From an uncultured Spirochaetales bacterium (GTDB lineage Bacteria; Myxococcota_A; UBA9160; SMWR01), in NCBI GenBank assembly GCA_964494795.1, contig CAZBSV010000210.1:3619-67618 (forward strand): a stretch of DNA of 64,000 nucleotides. Direction: 5' to 3'. This document shows positions 19,535-29,302 of this stretch, one piece after another. The translations under genes and the position numbers were made by a program. The notes beneath the pieces were generated by a model. It was given only the letters and a program-made list of their open reading frames with translations, searched no databases and was not told the origin of the DNA. The first letter of the stretch is position 1. Each line of letters starts with the position of its first letter.

Positions 19535-20491
19535 TTAGCCCGGCTCTGCGTGGGACGCGAGGGCGAAACTCTCGGCATCCGCAAATTCATCGGGTGACGA
19601 CAAGCCCGCGCGCTGCAGATTGCGCGAGATTCGCGCAACCAAGCCGCTCAGCACGCGTCCCGTGCCCACTTCGAGCACGTGCGTCACACCGAGGGCGAGC
19701 ATGCGCTCGACCATCTCGACGAACCGCACCGGGGCCGTAACCTGGGCCTCGAGCAGCGCCCCCATCCGCTCGGGATCCTCGTTGGGCTCCGCTTCGACGT
19801 TCGTGATGACCGGCGGAGATGCCTTCGCGAAGCGAACGCGGCCCAACTCGATCGCGAGCTTCTCTGCGGCGGGCGCCATCAGCGCGCAGTGGAAGGGAGC
19901 CGAGACCGCGAGCCGAACCGTTCGCTTCGCGCCCGCCTCGAGCGCGCTCGCGCACGCCCGTTCGACGGCCGCCGCGTCACCCGCGATGACGGTCTGTTGG
20001 GGCGAATTGTAGTTGGCGGGCGAAACCAGCTTGCCGGTCTCGGCACACACAGCGGCGCATACGCGTTCGACATCGCTCGGAGCCAGACCGAGGATCGCCG
20101 CCATCGCGCCGCGCCCTTCGGGTACGGCCTCCTGCATGAACCTTCCGCGCGCGTGCACGAGCCGGACGGCCTCCTCGAATACGAGAGCGCCGCTCGCGAC
20201 GAGCGCCGTGTATTCGCCGAGGCTATGACCCGCGACGAAATTCGGAGCGATCGAGTGCCGCTCTTGAAATGCGCGCAAGAGCGCGATGCCAGCGGTGAGA
20301 ATCGCGGGTTGCTGAACTTCGGTGCGCAGCAGCTCCGAGTCGGGCCCCTCGAAGCAGGCCTTCGAGAGCGCAAGACCCAATGCGGCGTCGGCGGCATCGA
20401 AAGTATCTCGGGCGGCGGCAGAAGTGCGATAGGCCTCGCGCCCCATCCCAACGACCTGGGATCCCTGACCCGGGAACAAGAGTGCGAGCAC
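19535..20491 (-). CDS. fabD: Malonyl-CoA:ACP transacylase
   Basis: FPGQGSQ, GHSLGEY, VSAPFHC; GTG start at 20491 inferred. Confidence 0.94.
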   Translation of the reverse strand: MLALLFPGQGSQVVGMGREAYRTSAAARDTFDAADAALGLALSKACFEGPDSELLRTEVQQPAILTAGIALLRAFQERHSIAPNFVAGHSLGEYTALVASGALVFEEAVRLVHARGRFMQEAVPEGRGAMAAILGLAPSDVERVCAAVCAETGKLVSPANYNSPQQTVIAGDAAAVERACASALEAGAKRTVRLAVSAPFHCALMAPAAEKLAIELGRVRFAKASPPVITNVEAEPNEDPERMGALLEAQVTAPVRFVEMVERMLALGVTHVLEVGTGRVLSGLVARISRNLQRAGLSSPDEFADAESFALASHAEPG

Positions 20492-20499
20492 TGGACGCT

Positions 20500-20682
20500 C
20501 TAGTCCTCTTCGGTCCGAATGATCTCGCGGCCGCGATAGCTGCCGCAGTTCGGGCACACACGGTGCGGCGCCTTCGGCTCTCGACACTGCGGGCAGGTGC
20601 TTCGCGCGGGCACGCCGATCGCGTCGTGCGAGCGCCTCTTGTTGCGCTTGGATTTGGACGTTTTCCCCTTCGGAACTGCCAT
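20500..20682 (-). CDS. rpmF: 50S ribosomal protein L32
   Basis: [13 protein letters not shown]...CPQC...PHRVCPNCG. Confidence 0.96.
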   Translation of the reverse strand: MAVPKGKTSKSKRNKRRSHDAIGVPARSTCPQCREPKAPHRVCPNCGSYRGREIIRTEED

Positions 20683-21269
20683 CAGTCACCTCCTCGGACC
20701 AGTTCGTCTCGAATTCCCGCGAGCACCGCGAACGGGGAATCCGGCTTCAATTTCTCACAGCTGCAAACCGCAACGGCGAGATCCGTTCCACACCGGGGAC
20801 ACAGACCCGGGCAATCCTCTCGGCACAGTGGCTTCACGGGGAGTGCCAGCGAAACGAGCTCGGCGAAGATCGACCCGAGTTCGATCTCATTGCCCCGATA
20901 CCAGCCGGTCTCCAGTTCGCTCCCGAGACACAGGCCGTCCCGAGACAGCGCCGCGGCACTTTCCGGATCCGCAGGCACCCGGTTTCCCGCCGGTTCGAGG
21001 ACGAGCGTGAACTCCTCGCCGAACCGATGACGATAGCGCGCGAGGCACCGCGCGCATTCAAGTTTCACCCAGCCATCGACACCGCCCTCGATCTGGACGT
21101 CGTCTCCAATCCGCCGCGCGTGACAGAACATATCCACAGGCTGCGCGAACTCGCCCGGCAAGCCGGAATCGGTCATCAGCGCGGCCTTCCACCAGGCCTC
21201 GCCGCCCTCGAACGAGAAAGCAGCGGGCACTTCTGTCAGTCGATCGGTCGGGATTTTCATGCTCTGCAC
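20682..21269 (-). CDS. yceD: DUF177/YceD family protein
   Basis: LECARCL...[21 protein letters not shown]; directly upstream of rpmF. Confidence 0.9.
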   Translation of the reverse strand: MQSMKIPTDRLTEVPAAFSFEGGEAWWKAALMTDSGLPGEFAQPVDMFCHARRIGDDVQIEGGVDGWVKLECARCLARYRHRFGEEFTLVLEPAGNRVPADPESAAALSRDGLCLGSELETGWYRGNEIELGSIFAELVSLALPVKPLCREDCPGLCPRCGTDLAVAVCSCEKLKPDSPFAVLAGIRDELVRGGD

Positions 21270-21369
21270 CGCTCGAAGCCCGCGTCGGCGCGCGTTTCAC
21301 TTTCAAAGCACGGAAAGTGAGTAAAAACAGTAACTTGGATGGCCCGTTGGAATAGCAAAGCCGACCCTT

Positions 21370-21521
21370 GGAGGCAACGGCGTCGGAGGCTCGGAGGCAA
21401 CGGCGTCGGAGGCGGCTGCGTCGGAGGCTCGGAGGCGGCTGCGTCAGGGGCAACTGCGCCAGGGGCTCGGAGGCGGCTGCGTCGGAAGCTCGGAGGCGGC
21501 TGCGTCGGAGGCGGCTGCGCG
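21370..21521. repeat. Composite minisatellite: eight 15-bp (GGAGGCGGCTGCGTC-type) and four 8-bp (GGAGGCTC-type) units
   Basis: Read directly; 152 bp = 8x15 + 4x8; lies between divergent yceD and gltX. Confidence 0.9.
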
Positions 21522-21543
21522 GCTTCGGGTATGCTCGGCCGCC

Positions 21544-22953
21544 ATGTCCGAGGTGCGCACCCGATTTGCTCCGAGCCCGACGGGCTTTCTGCACCTGGGA
21601 TCGGCGAGAACCGCGCTGTTCAACTGGGCGTTCGCGCGCCACCACGGCGGGAAGCTGCTGCTGCGGATCGAGGACACGGATCGAGAGCGCTCGAGCTCGG
21701 CATCCGAGCGCGCCGTCATCGACGGCCTCCAGTGGCTCGGCGTCGACTGGGACGAGGGCCCGGTGCGCCAGAGCGAGCGCGCGGACAGCCACCGAGCCGC
21801 CGTCGAGCGGCTGCTGGCCTGCGGGCGCGCCTACCGCTGCACGTGCAGCGCCGAAGAACTCGAGGCCCGCCGCGAGGCGACGATCGCGGCCGGGCGGAAG
21901 TGGACCTACGACGGTCGCTGCCGGGATCTCGGGCTCGCCGCCAGCGCGGGGCCGCACGCTGTCCGGCTGCGCTTGCCCGCGAGCGGCGATCTCGACTGGA
22001 ACGACCTGGTCTTCGGCCCGAGCAGCCAGGACGCCTGCGAAATCGGAGACCGGATCATCCAGCGCAGTGACGGACAGCCGCTCTACCACCTCGCCGTGGT
22101 GGTCGACGACCTCGAGATGCGAATCAGCCACGTGATTCGCGGCGCGGACCATCACCCCAACACGCCGCTCCAGATCGCCCTCTACCGCGCGCTCGACGCG
22201 GAGCCTCCTCAGTTCGCGCACGTTCCGCTGATCGTCGGCGCGGGTGGCAAGAAGCTCAGCAAGCGTCGAGATCCGGTTTCGATCCAGGATTATCGGGAAG
22301 CCGGCTACCTGGCCGCCGCGCTGCGAAACTGGCTGATCCGAATCGGCTGGTCGCACGCTGACCAGGAAATCTTCTCGTCCGACGAAATCGCCGCGCTGTT
22401 CGAGCTGGGCGCGGTGAGCCGCTCCGCCGCCCAGGCAGATGGCGAAAAACTGCTCTGGCTCAACCAGCACTACCTCAAGCAGCTCCCCGCAGCGAGTCTC
22501 GCAGAAGCACTCGCGCCGTTCCTGTCGGCGGAAGCTTCGCGCCCCGTATGCGTCGACGCGGAACTCAGCGCGCTCGCGGAACTGCAGCGCGAACGCGGCA
22601 AGACCCTGTCCGAAATGGCCCGCCTCTCGCGCTGGTTCGTCGTCGATGAGGTCGACTTCGACGACAAAGCCGTCGCCAAGCATCTGACGCCGGCCGTCGA
22701 GTCCGCTCTGCGCGAACTGCGCGACGGCCTCGCCAAACTCGAAGCCTGGTCCAGGGATTCGATCGAGGCGGTATTTCTCGCTGTGCTCGCGAGACACGCA
22801 GACATGCAGATGGGTAAGCTCGCCCAGCCGGTGCGCGTCGCGATTACCGGCGGCACCGTATCGCCGGGGATCTTCGAAACCCTCGAGGTTCTCGGAGCCC
22901 CGCGCAGCGTCACCAGAATCAACCGCGCGCTCGAACGCATCGGCGTCGGTTGA
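21544..22953 (+). CDS. gltX: Glutamyl-tRNA synthetase
   Basis: RFAPSPTGFLHLG, LRIEDTD, IRGADH, KLSKR. Confidence 0.96.
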   Translation: MSEVRTRFAPSPTGFLHLGSARTALFNWAFARHHGGKLLLRIEDTDRERSSSASERAVIDGLQWLGVDWDEGPVRQSERADSHRAAVERLLACGRAYRCTCSAEELEARREATIAAGRKWTYDGRCRDLGLAASAGPHAVRLRLPASGDLDWNDLVFGPSSQDACEIGDRIIQRSDGQPLYHLAVVVDDLEMRISHVIRGADHHPNTPLQIALYRALDAEPPQFAHVPLIVGAGGKKLSKRRDPVSIQDYREAGYLAAALRNWLIRIGWSHADQEIFSSDEIAALFELGAVSRSAAQADGEKLLWLNQHYLKQLPAASLAEALAPFLSAEASRPVCVDAELSALAELQRERGKTLSEMARLSRWFVVDEVDFDDKAVAKHLTPAVESALRELRDGLAKLEAWSRDSIEAVFLAVLARHADMQMGKLAQPVRVAITGGTVSPGIFETLEVLGAPRSVTRINRALERIGVG

Positions 22954-22988
22954 GGTTCGCCGGCAGCTCGGTTATAGACATCCGCAGT

Positions 22989-23062
22989 TCCCCGGTCGTC
23001 TAACGGCAGGACAGCAGGCTCTGAACCTGTCAATGGAGGTTCGAATCCTCCCCGGGGATCCA
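22989..23062 (+). tRNA. tRNA-Gln (CTG)
   Basis: Acceptor TCCCCGG/CCGGGGA, anticodon arm GCAGG-CTCTGAA-CCTGT, T-loop TTCGAAT, encoded CCA. Confidence 0.95.
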
Positions 23063-23067
23063 CCTGC

Positions 23068-23099
23068 GCGTCAATGCGTCAATGCGTCAATGCGTCAGT
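23068..23099. repeat. 8-bp tandem repeat (GCGTCAAT)x3 + GCGTCAGT covering the pilD stop codon
   Basis: Read directly. Confidence 0.9.
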
Positions 23100-23970
23100 A
23101 GGAAAAGAACAGCCGATCCGGCAGCAACACGACCAGCAGCGCTCCCGCCGCGATCGCGGGCCCGAAACCGAACGGCGCGTTCCATTTGCGGGTCGCCAGC
23201 GCCCAACCGACGCCGACCACCAGGCCGATCAGCGAGGCCGCGAGGATCGTCTCCATCACACCGAGAGGCCCGAGCACCGCGCCAATCATCGCGAGCAGCT
23301 TCACGTCGCCGAAACCCACGCCGGGAAACCAGACCCAATAATCCAGGCTCGACGCCTTGGGGATCTCTTCGCCGGGTCCCGGCCAGTGTTCGAATCGACG
23401 CCCAATCGCGACCGACAAACGCGCGTGCACGAATCCGACGGACCAGAGCACGCCGCCCCCGACTGCGGCTCCGAGCGCGGAGTGGATCGATGCCTCGATC
23501 CACGACGTACCCGAGAGCGACGCGACCGCGGGCACTGCGACCAGGGCGACGACGAGTCCGCCGATGGAAATTTCGTCGGGAATGATCTGATGGTCGATGT
23601 CGATCACCGACACCGCGATCAGTGCAGCCGCGAAGCCGCACCAAATCGGCGTCATCGGATCCGCGCCGTGCCGCCACGCGATCGCCGCAAAGATCAATGC
23701 GGTGAGCAGCTCGACTGCGGGATAGCGCAGCGAAATCTTCGCGCTGCAGCGACGACAGCGGCCGCGCAAGCAGAGAAACGAGAGCAGCGGAACGTTGTCC
23801 GTCGCCGACAGCGCAGCCGCGCAAGCGGGGCAGCGAGATCCCGGGCGCAGGAGAGATTCCCCGCGCGGAAGTCGATGGATGACGACGTTCAGGAAGGAAC
23901 CGATCGCGAGCCCGAATGCGAATGCGGAGATGGCGATGAATTCGCGCGGGAGCGCGCTGAAGTCGATCAT
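23095..23970 (-). CDS. pilD: Prepilin peptidase/N-methyltransferase
   Basis: GSFLNVVIHRLP, SRCPAC...GRCRRC, IDIDHQIIPD, GFGDVKL, PFGFGPAI. Confidence 0.95.
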   Translation of the reverse strand: MIDFSALPREFIAISAFAFGLAIGSFLNVVIHRLPRGESLLRPGSRCPACAAALSATDNVPLLSFLCLRGRCRRCSAKISLRYPAVELLTALIFAAIAWRHGADPMTPIWCGFAAALIAVSVIDIDHQIIPDEISIGGLVVALVAVPAVASLSGTSWIEASIHSALGAAVGGGVLWSVGFVHARLSVAIGRRFEHWPGPGEEIPKASSLDYWVWFPGVGFGDVKLLAMIGAVLGPLGVMETILAASLIGLVVGVGWALATRKWNAPFGFGPAIAAGALLVVLLPDRLFFSY

Positions 23971-23990
23971 TGCGTCAGTCTATAGCGGCG

Positions 23991-24761
23991 CTATCGAAAA
24001 TCCCGCCGCTCGAAGATCAACGCGGCGACCACGAGCAGAACCGCCGTATAGCCGGCGCCGTAGAGCGCGGGAAACCAGATGTCGGAGGCCGCGAGCGGGA
24101 GCTGATGGGCGGCCGCGATCGACAGATTGAAGCTCTCGAGGTCCGGCAGGATGCGGTGCAACCAGGCCGTCGTCTCGCGCACGAGCGCGCTCGCAGACCT
24201 CGCGCCGTGCTCCCGGAGATCGCGCGTCAGGTGCCCCGCGAGCCAGAGCCCGCACGAGAAGAACGACGCCAGCAACGGCGTGGTAAAGGCCGAGAACAGC
24301 GTCGCAAGCGCCACCACCAGCGCCAGCTCGATCCCCATCAGCACGAGTGCCGCGAAATGGTTGAATCCGAGCGGCGCACCCATCAGCAGCGAAACCCCCG
24401 CGAAGAAGGACGCCATGACAACCACCTGGAGCCAGATGATCAGGATCAGCCCCGTGTACTTCCCGATCAGGAATTCCGCCCGCGAGAGCGGTTTCGACAG
24501 GATCGTGTACACGGTCCGCCGCTCGACCTCCTTGTGGATCAGGCCGACTCCGACAAAGATCGCGATCGCGACCGAGAAGAGCCGAATCGACGCAAAGCCA
24601 AAATCCTGGACCATCCGCTCGCGCTCCACGTAGGACAGCGTCGACAACGCGATGCCGAGGACCATCACCCCCAACGCGAAGAAGAGCAGCGTATACAGCA
24701 GCTTGTTGCGGATGGCCTCCCGAATCGTATTGACGGCCATCGCCCAGATCCGGCGGATCAC
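23991..24761 (-). CDS. ABC transporter permease, PilI-like
   Basis: Multi-TM; EVERRTVYTILSKPLSRAEFLIGKY; ends FERRDF; position between ABC ATPase and pilD matches myxobacterial pilGHID order. Confidence 0.85.
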   Translation of the reverse strand: MIRRIWAMAVNTIREAIRNKLLYTLLFFALGVMVLGIALSTLSYVERERMVQDFGFASIRLFSVAIAIFVGVGLIHKEVERRTVYTILSKPLSRAEFLIGKYTGLILIIWLQVVVMASFFAGVSLLMGAPLGFNHFAALVLMGIELALVVALATLFSAFTTPLLASFFSCGLWLAGHLTRDLREHGARSASALVRETTAWLHRILPDLESFNLSIAAAHQLPLAASDIWFPALYGAGYTAVLLVVAALIFERRDFR

Positions 24762-24803
24762 GGCAGACTCTCCCGATGGATCACGGCAGACCCTCCCGGC
24801 GGA

Positions 24804-24819
<16 letters not shown>
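24755..24819. repeat. 23-bp tandem triplication of an RBS/stop/start junction
   Basis: GGATCACGGCA(G/C)AC(T/C)CTCC at 24755, 24778 and 24801. Confidence 0.9.
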
Positions 24820-25756
<937 letters not shown>

Positions 25757-25760
<4 letters not shown>

Positions 25761-26737
25761 GCGCCCTCCCCCTCGGCGCCCTCGCGCTGCTGCTTCCAGC
25801 GCTCTTTGCGGGCGCGGTCCGTGCCGGCTTCGTGGAGCCGATAGCGAATCCGGTAGTAGGAGGAGACGATCTGGTCGGTCTCGGGATCCAGAATCCATTC
25901 GAATCCATCGAGGTACAGTTGGGCGCGCGGCAGCTGCGTCAGGACCGGATTCGGCCCCTCGATCAGGTCCGAGACCTGCTCGATGTCGCGACCCGTGCGC
26001 CGCCAGTATTCCGCGCGCGCGGCGTCGAGAAAGCGCGCCCGCTCTTCGACCTGGATTTCATCCAGGGCATTCAAGTATTGAGCCTTCTTGAACGGATCCT
26101 CTGTCGAATCGGCCATCTGCCGGAGAAATTCCGCCGCGACCTGCAGCCCGGCCTGCTGGCTCCGCAAGCGAGCGACCAGCGGCGCGAGATAATTCGGCGC
26201 GCCCTCGAGGTCGATTGCGGTTTCCAGAATCTCCGCCGCGCGCATCTGCTCGTCGAGGTAATAGAAGTGGTTGAAACCGAGGTGATAGCGGTTGCGCCAG
26301 TCGAGCGGGTGATAGCTGATCCCGCGCTCGAGCAGTCGATTCCCGCGCTCGACCATCTCGCGGTCGCGGGTGAGCCAGACTGCCGCGAAGCGATAGGGGT
26401 GATCCACCCAGGGATCGACCTGCGTCACCACGTCGATCAGATCCGCGAGCGTTTCCCCGCGCGCTTCGATCGGGCCGCTCGCGGAACCCACGACTGCAAT
26501 CGCGCGCAGCCAATAGTAATCCGCAACGGCGGCGTCGAAGCCAAGAGACCAGAGCTTGGCATATTCCGGACGGGGCACGTGCAGCTCCCCCGATTCCATG
26601 CGCGAGCGGGTGTTGAATTGAGAGTGCGCGGCACCGGTCGTTGCGATCGCTACTACGAGAAGCGCGATGCGCTGGCAGCCGCGCTTGCGCCAACACGCTG
26701 AATGCAACGCCCTGACCCCCAAGAGCCGTTCAATCAC
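25757..26737 (-). CDS. PilG-like pilus accessory protein (myxobacterial sense; helical/TPR-like)
   Basis: N-terminal hydrophobic segment; ADYYWLRAI...DP...PYRFAA...LERG...P.DWR..YHLGF; sits between pilin and ABC genes. Start uncertain. Confidence 0.65.
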
Positions 26738-26756
26738 CCCAAGAGCCGTTCAATCA
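26717..26756. repeat. Perfect 20-bp tandem duplication CCCCAAGAGCCGTTCAATCA x2
   Basis: Copies at 26717-26736 and 26737-26756. Confidence 0.92.
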
Positions 26757-26776
26757 GCGCCCACCGAGGGGCGCGA

Positions 26777-27358
26777 TCAGTATTCGTCGAGCGATCGCTG
26801 GACGGCGACCGTGTCGTAGATCGGTTGGCCGCTTCCAGAGTCGATCGGCGTACCGAACCCGAAGAGACCGGACGGGCATTCTCCGATCACCGCACCGGTT
26901 TCATCGGTCTGGGGGTGGACGTACATGACGGCTGAGTTCAGATTGTCGGCGTCGACATCACCGAATGCACTGGCGGTAAAACACGTCGAGCACGTGCAGG
27001 GCGTGGCTCCGGTATTGGTGTCGTAGGTGTAGAAGACCTGACCTTCCGGCCGCCACCCGAGATCCTCATAGGCGATCTCGGAAGCGGCATCCCATGTCAT
27101 CTTTTGAGTACCTAGACCGCCGTAGGGGCCGAAATCGGGCCAGGCGCCGGCTTCGAAAAATTCGCCCCGCTCCGCGTGGTAGGTGCTCTGGAGTCGCGAA
27201 ACCGCGCCGAGGTTTACGTAGGCCTCACTGCGCCGCGATCGAGCCTGGTAGGAGAGGAAGTTCGGAATTGCAATCGCCGAGAGCACTCCGATCAGGCTGA
27301 CCACGAGCATGAGTTCGATCAGCGTGAAACCGGCCTTCTTCTGAGATCGCGCGATCAT
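26777..27358 (-). CDS. Second type IVa pilin (PilA paralogue, probable minor pilin)
   Basis: [28 protein letters not shown] class III signal; shares GW.PEG.V and A.A..D.D.D motifs with the upstream pilin. Confidence 0.88.
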   Translation of the reverse strand: MIARSQKKAGFTLIELMLVVSLIGVLSAIAIPNFLSYQARSRRSEAYVNLGAVSRLQSTYHAERGEFFEAGAWPDFGPYGGLGTQKMTWDAASEIAYEDLGWRPEGQVFYTYDTNTGATPCTCSTCFTASAFGDVDADNLNSAVMYVHPQTDETGAVIGECPSGLFGFGTPIDSGSGQPIYDTVAVQRSLDEY

Positions 27359-27380
27359 CCCGACTCTCCTCGCCTACAGC

Positions 27381-27419
27381 AAAAGATCGGAGGAGGGCCG
27401 GACGCAGCCGGCCCTCCTC
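27381..27419 (-). terminator. Intrinsic terminator between the two pilin genes
   Basis: 12-bp perfect stem GAGGAGGGCCGG/CCGGCCCTCCTC with 6-nt loop, then CGATCTTTT on the minus strand. Confidence 0.7.
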
Positions 27420-27438
27420 GATTCGAACCGAAACCGGC

Positions 27439-27981
27439 CTAGAAGACGCTCTGGCCGTAAGTGCTCAAGCACGGCCCCACCGTCTCGGGGACCAGCACTG
27501 TTGCGTCGCAGTCGATCAGACCATTGCCGTGGGCGCCACCGGCCTCAGTACCCTTCTTGTAACCCCAGGTCTGACCCACGGCATCGTTGTCGATGTCCGC
27601 CTGCGCCGAAGCCGTGAACTCCGAGTACGGGGAGGTCGAGGCGACCACGTAGTTGAAGAACACGTAGCCCTCGGGCGCCCAGCCGAGGCGGTCGAAGCCC
27701 GCGTTGGCGCCGTTCGCGCTGTTGTCGAACACAACCTTGGCGTTGAATCCCGCGGCCGGCGGTGAGGCCAACGCCGACACGTAGACGCCGAACTCCGAGT
27801 AGTAGGACTCCTCAGCGGTCCGGATCGCGGCGAGGTTGGTCTTGCCTTCGCTCGACTTCGCCTTGAGCTGGAATCGCAGGAAGTTCGGAATTGCGATCGC
27901 CGCGAGAATACCGATGATGGCAACGACGATCATGAGCTCGATGAGTGTAAACCCACCTTTTCGATTGTGAAATTTCTTCAT
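27439..27981 (-). CDS. pilA: Major type IVa pilin
   Basis: [34 protein letters not shown]; preceded by sigma54 promoter, followed by terminator. Confidence 0.92.
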   Translation of the reverse strand: MKKFHNRKGGFTLIELMIVVAIIGILAAIAIPNFLRFQLKAKSSEGKTNLAAIRTAEESYYSEFGVYVSALASPPAAGFNAKVVFDNSANGANAGFDRLGWAPEGYVFFNYVVASTSPYSEFTASAQADIDNDAVGQTWGYKKGTEAGGAHGNGLIDCDATVLVPETVGPCLSTYGQSVF

Positions 27982-28105
27982 TTTGAAATGGCTCCCATTG
28001 TTCTCGAGTGTCGCTCCGGGCGGAACCTTCCTGCCCGCTGCGGTTCCACCCCCCGTACCATCGGGAAGCTTGATGAACACTCGAACCGTTCGATCCGCGG
28101 TACAT

Positions 28106-28122
28106 CGCAATGCGCATGCCAA
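28106..28122 (-). promoter_or_regulatory. Sigma54 -24/-12 promoter of pilA
   Basis: TTGGCATGCGCATTGCG (GG-N10-GC) about 125 nt upstream of the ATG; pilA is sigma54-dependent in Myxococcus, Geobacter and Pseudomonas. Confidence 0.8.
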
Positions 28123-28305
28123 ACTGGCCTTTGCGTACGGATGGATCGGCAAGCGCCCAGTCGAACCTGAGGCCCATGGGCGTACTTTCCACGCAGCCCA
28201 GCAGGACCTTCAGGCGCGTGAGTCGGCCGAAGCGGAGCTGCGAAGTGACGATTTGCGGCGCTAAAACCGACGAAATTCGTCACCGCGGCGCGGAGCCCGG
28301 CTCGG

Positions 28306-28335
28306 TTGACAGTGCGGCGACGCAGTGGCTACGCT
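28306..28335 (+). promoter_or_regulatory. Sigma70-type promoter of tRNA-Glu
   Basis: TTGACA-N18-TACGCT, 23 nt before the tRNA. Confidence 0.65.
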
Positions 28336-28358
28336 GCGCGGCTTCTGCGGCAGGAATG

Positions 28359-28434
28359 GCTCCCATCGTCTAGCGGTCCAGGACGGGGCCCTCTCAAGGC
28401 TCAAACACGGGTTCGATTCCCGTTGGGAGCGCCA
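28359..28434 (+). tRNA. tRNA-Glu (CTC)
   Basis: Acceptor GCTCCCA/TGGGAGC, anticodon loop CTCTCAA, GGTTCGATTCC, GCCA end. Confidence 0.95.
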
Positions 28435-28503
28435 GCCATTTCGCATTCAAACCCGACAATTCCCGATGCGAACCCGACAGCGCGAAATCGGCGCAGATCG
28501 AAA

Positions 28504-29130
28504 ATGCTGCTGGCCTTCATGGACTGCGAGTTCGGTGGGCTCGACCCCGAACTGCACGACATCACGGAAATCGCCGTGATCCTGACCGACTACCGATTGG
28601 TCGAGCTCGCGCGCGGGGAGTGGAAGGTTCGCGCCAGAGCGGATCGCATCAGCGAAGAAGGAGCGGCGATCAGCGGTTACAGCGCGGAAGCCTGGAAGGG
28701 AGCGCCGCCGCTTCGGCAGGTTCTGCAAGAGCTGAGCGAGCTGATGCCCGCAAACGCACTGGTCGTTCCCGCGGGCCAGAACGTCCGCATGGATGTGGCT
28801 TTTCTGGAACGCGGCTATCGCAGCTGCGCGCTCGCGTTTCCGTTCGACTATCACGTGATCGATCTCGTGACGCTCTTCTACGCCTGGTCGCTGATGTCGG
28901 GCGAGCGAGTTGCCGCGCTTTCACTCCGACAGGCCGCGCTCACCGCGGGATTGATCGAGAACGAGGTCGCCCACCGCGCGATGGCCGATGCCGCGCTCAC
29001 CCTCGAGACGTTCCGCCATTTCATTGGACGCCTCGCGTTGCGCGATCCAGCCGATTGGATGCCCGAAACCGATCGGATGCCCGAAACGGGGGCTTTCGAA
29101 CGCGAAAGCGCGAGTTCATTCGAGCGCTAG
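28504..29130 (+). CDS. DEDDh 3'-5' exonuclease (DnaQ/RNase T-like)
   Basis: FMDCEFGGL (ExoI), NVRMDVAFL (ExoII), HRAMADA (ExoIII). Confidence 0.85.
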   Translation: MLLAFMDCEFGGLDPELHDITEIAVILTDYRLVELARGEWKVRARADRISEEGAAISGYSAEAWKGAPPLRQVLQELSELMPANALVVPAGQNVRMDVAFLERGYRSCALAFPFDYHVIDLVTLFYAWSLMSGERVAALSLRQAALTAGLIENEVAHRAMADAALTLETFRHFIGRLALRDPADWMPETDRMPETGAFERESASSFER

Positions 29131-29133
29131 CGG

Positions 29134-29188
29134 GGGAAGCTTCGCTTCCCTTGCGGCGCAGCTCGAACCCGTTCCGGGTTCGAGCTGC
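29134..29188. terminator. Two hairpins between convergent genes (possible bidirectional terminator)
   Basis: GGGAAGC-TTC-GCTTCCC and perfect 14-bp GCAGCTCGAACCCG-TTC-CGGGTTCGAGCTGC; no clear U-tract. Confidence 0.5.
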
Positions 29189-29254
29189 TAGCACGCCATG
29201 CAGCCGCTGCGTGTGCGCGTCCGACCTCGACCCGCTGCGACGGGCTGCGGGGGC

Positions 29255-29302
29255 GAGTCAGGACCGCTCGGGCTCCGAGAGTCAGGAGCGCTCAGGCTCC
29301 GA
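29255..29302. repeat. 24-bp tandem duplication across the ECF stop codon
   Basis: GAGTCAGGACCGCTCGGGCTCCGA / GAGTCAGGAGCGCTCAGGCTCCGA (22/24 identical). Confidence 0.85.

Noticed and set aside
21370-21521. CRISPR interpretation of this array and of 50709-50846
   Set aside because: No unique spacers and no cas genes in the window
27978-27998. 6-codon uORF MGAISK overlapping the pilA ATG
   Set aside because: Weak SD; its sequence is simply the pilA SD region; plausible by chance
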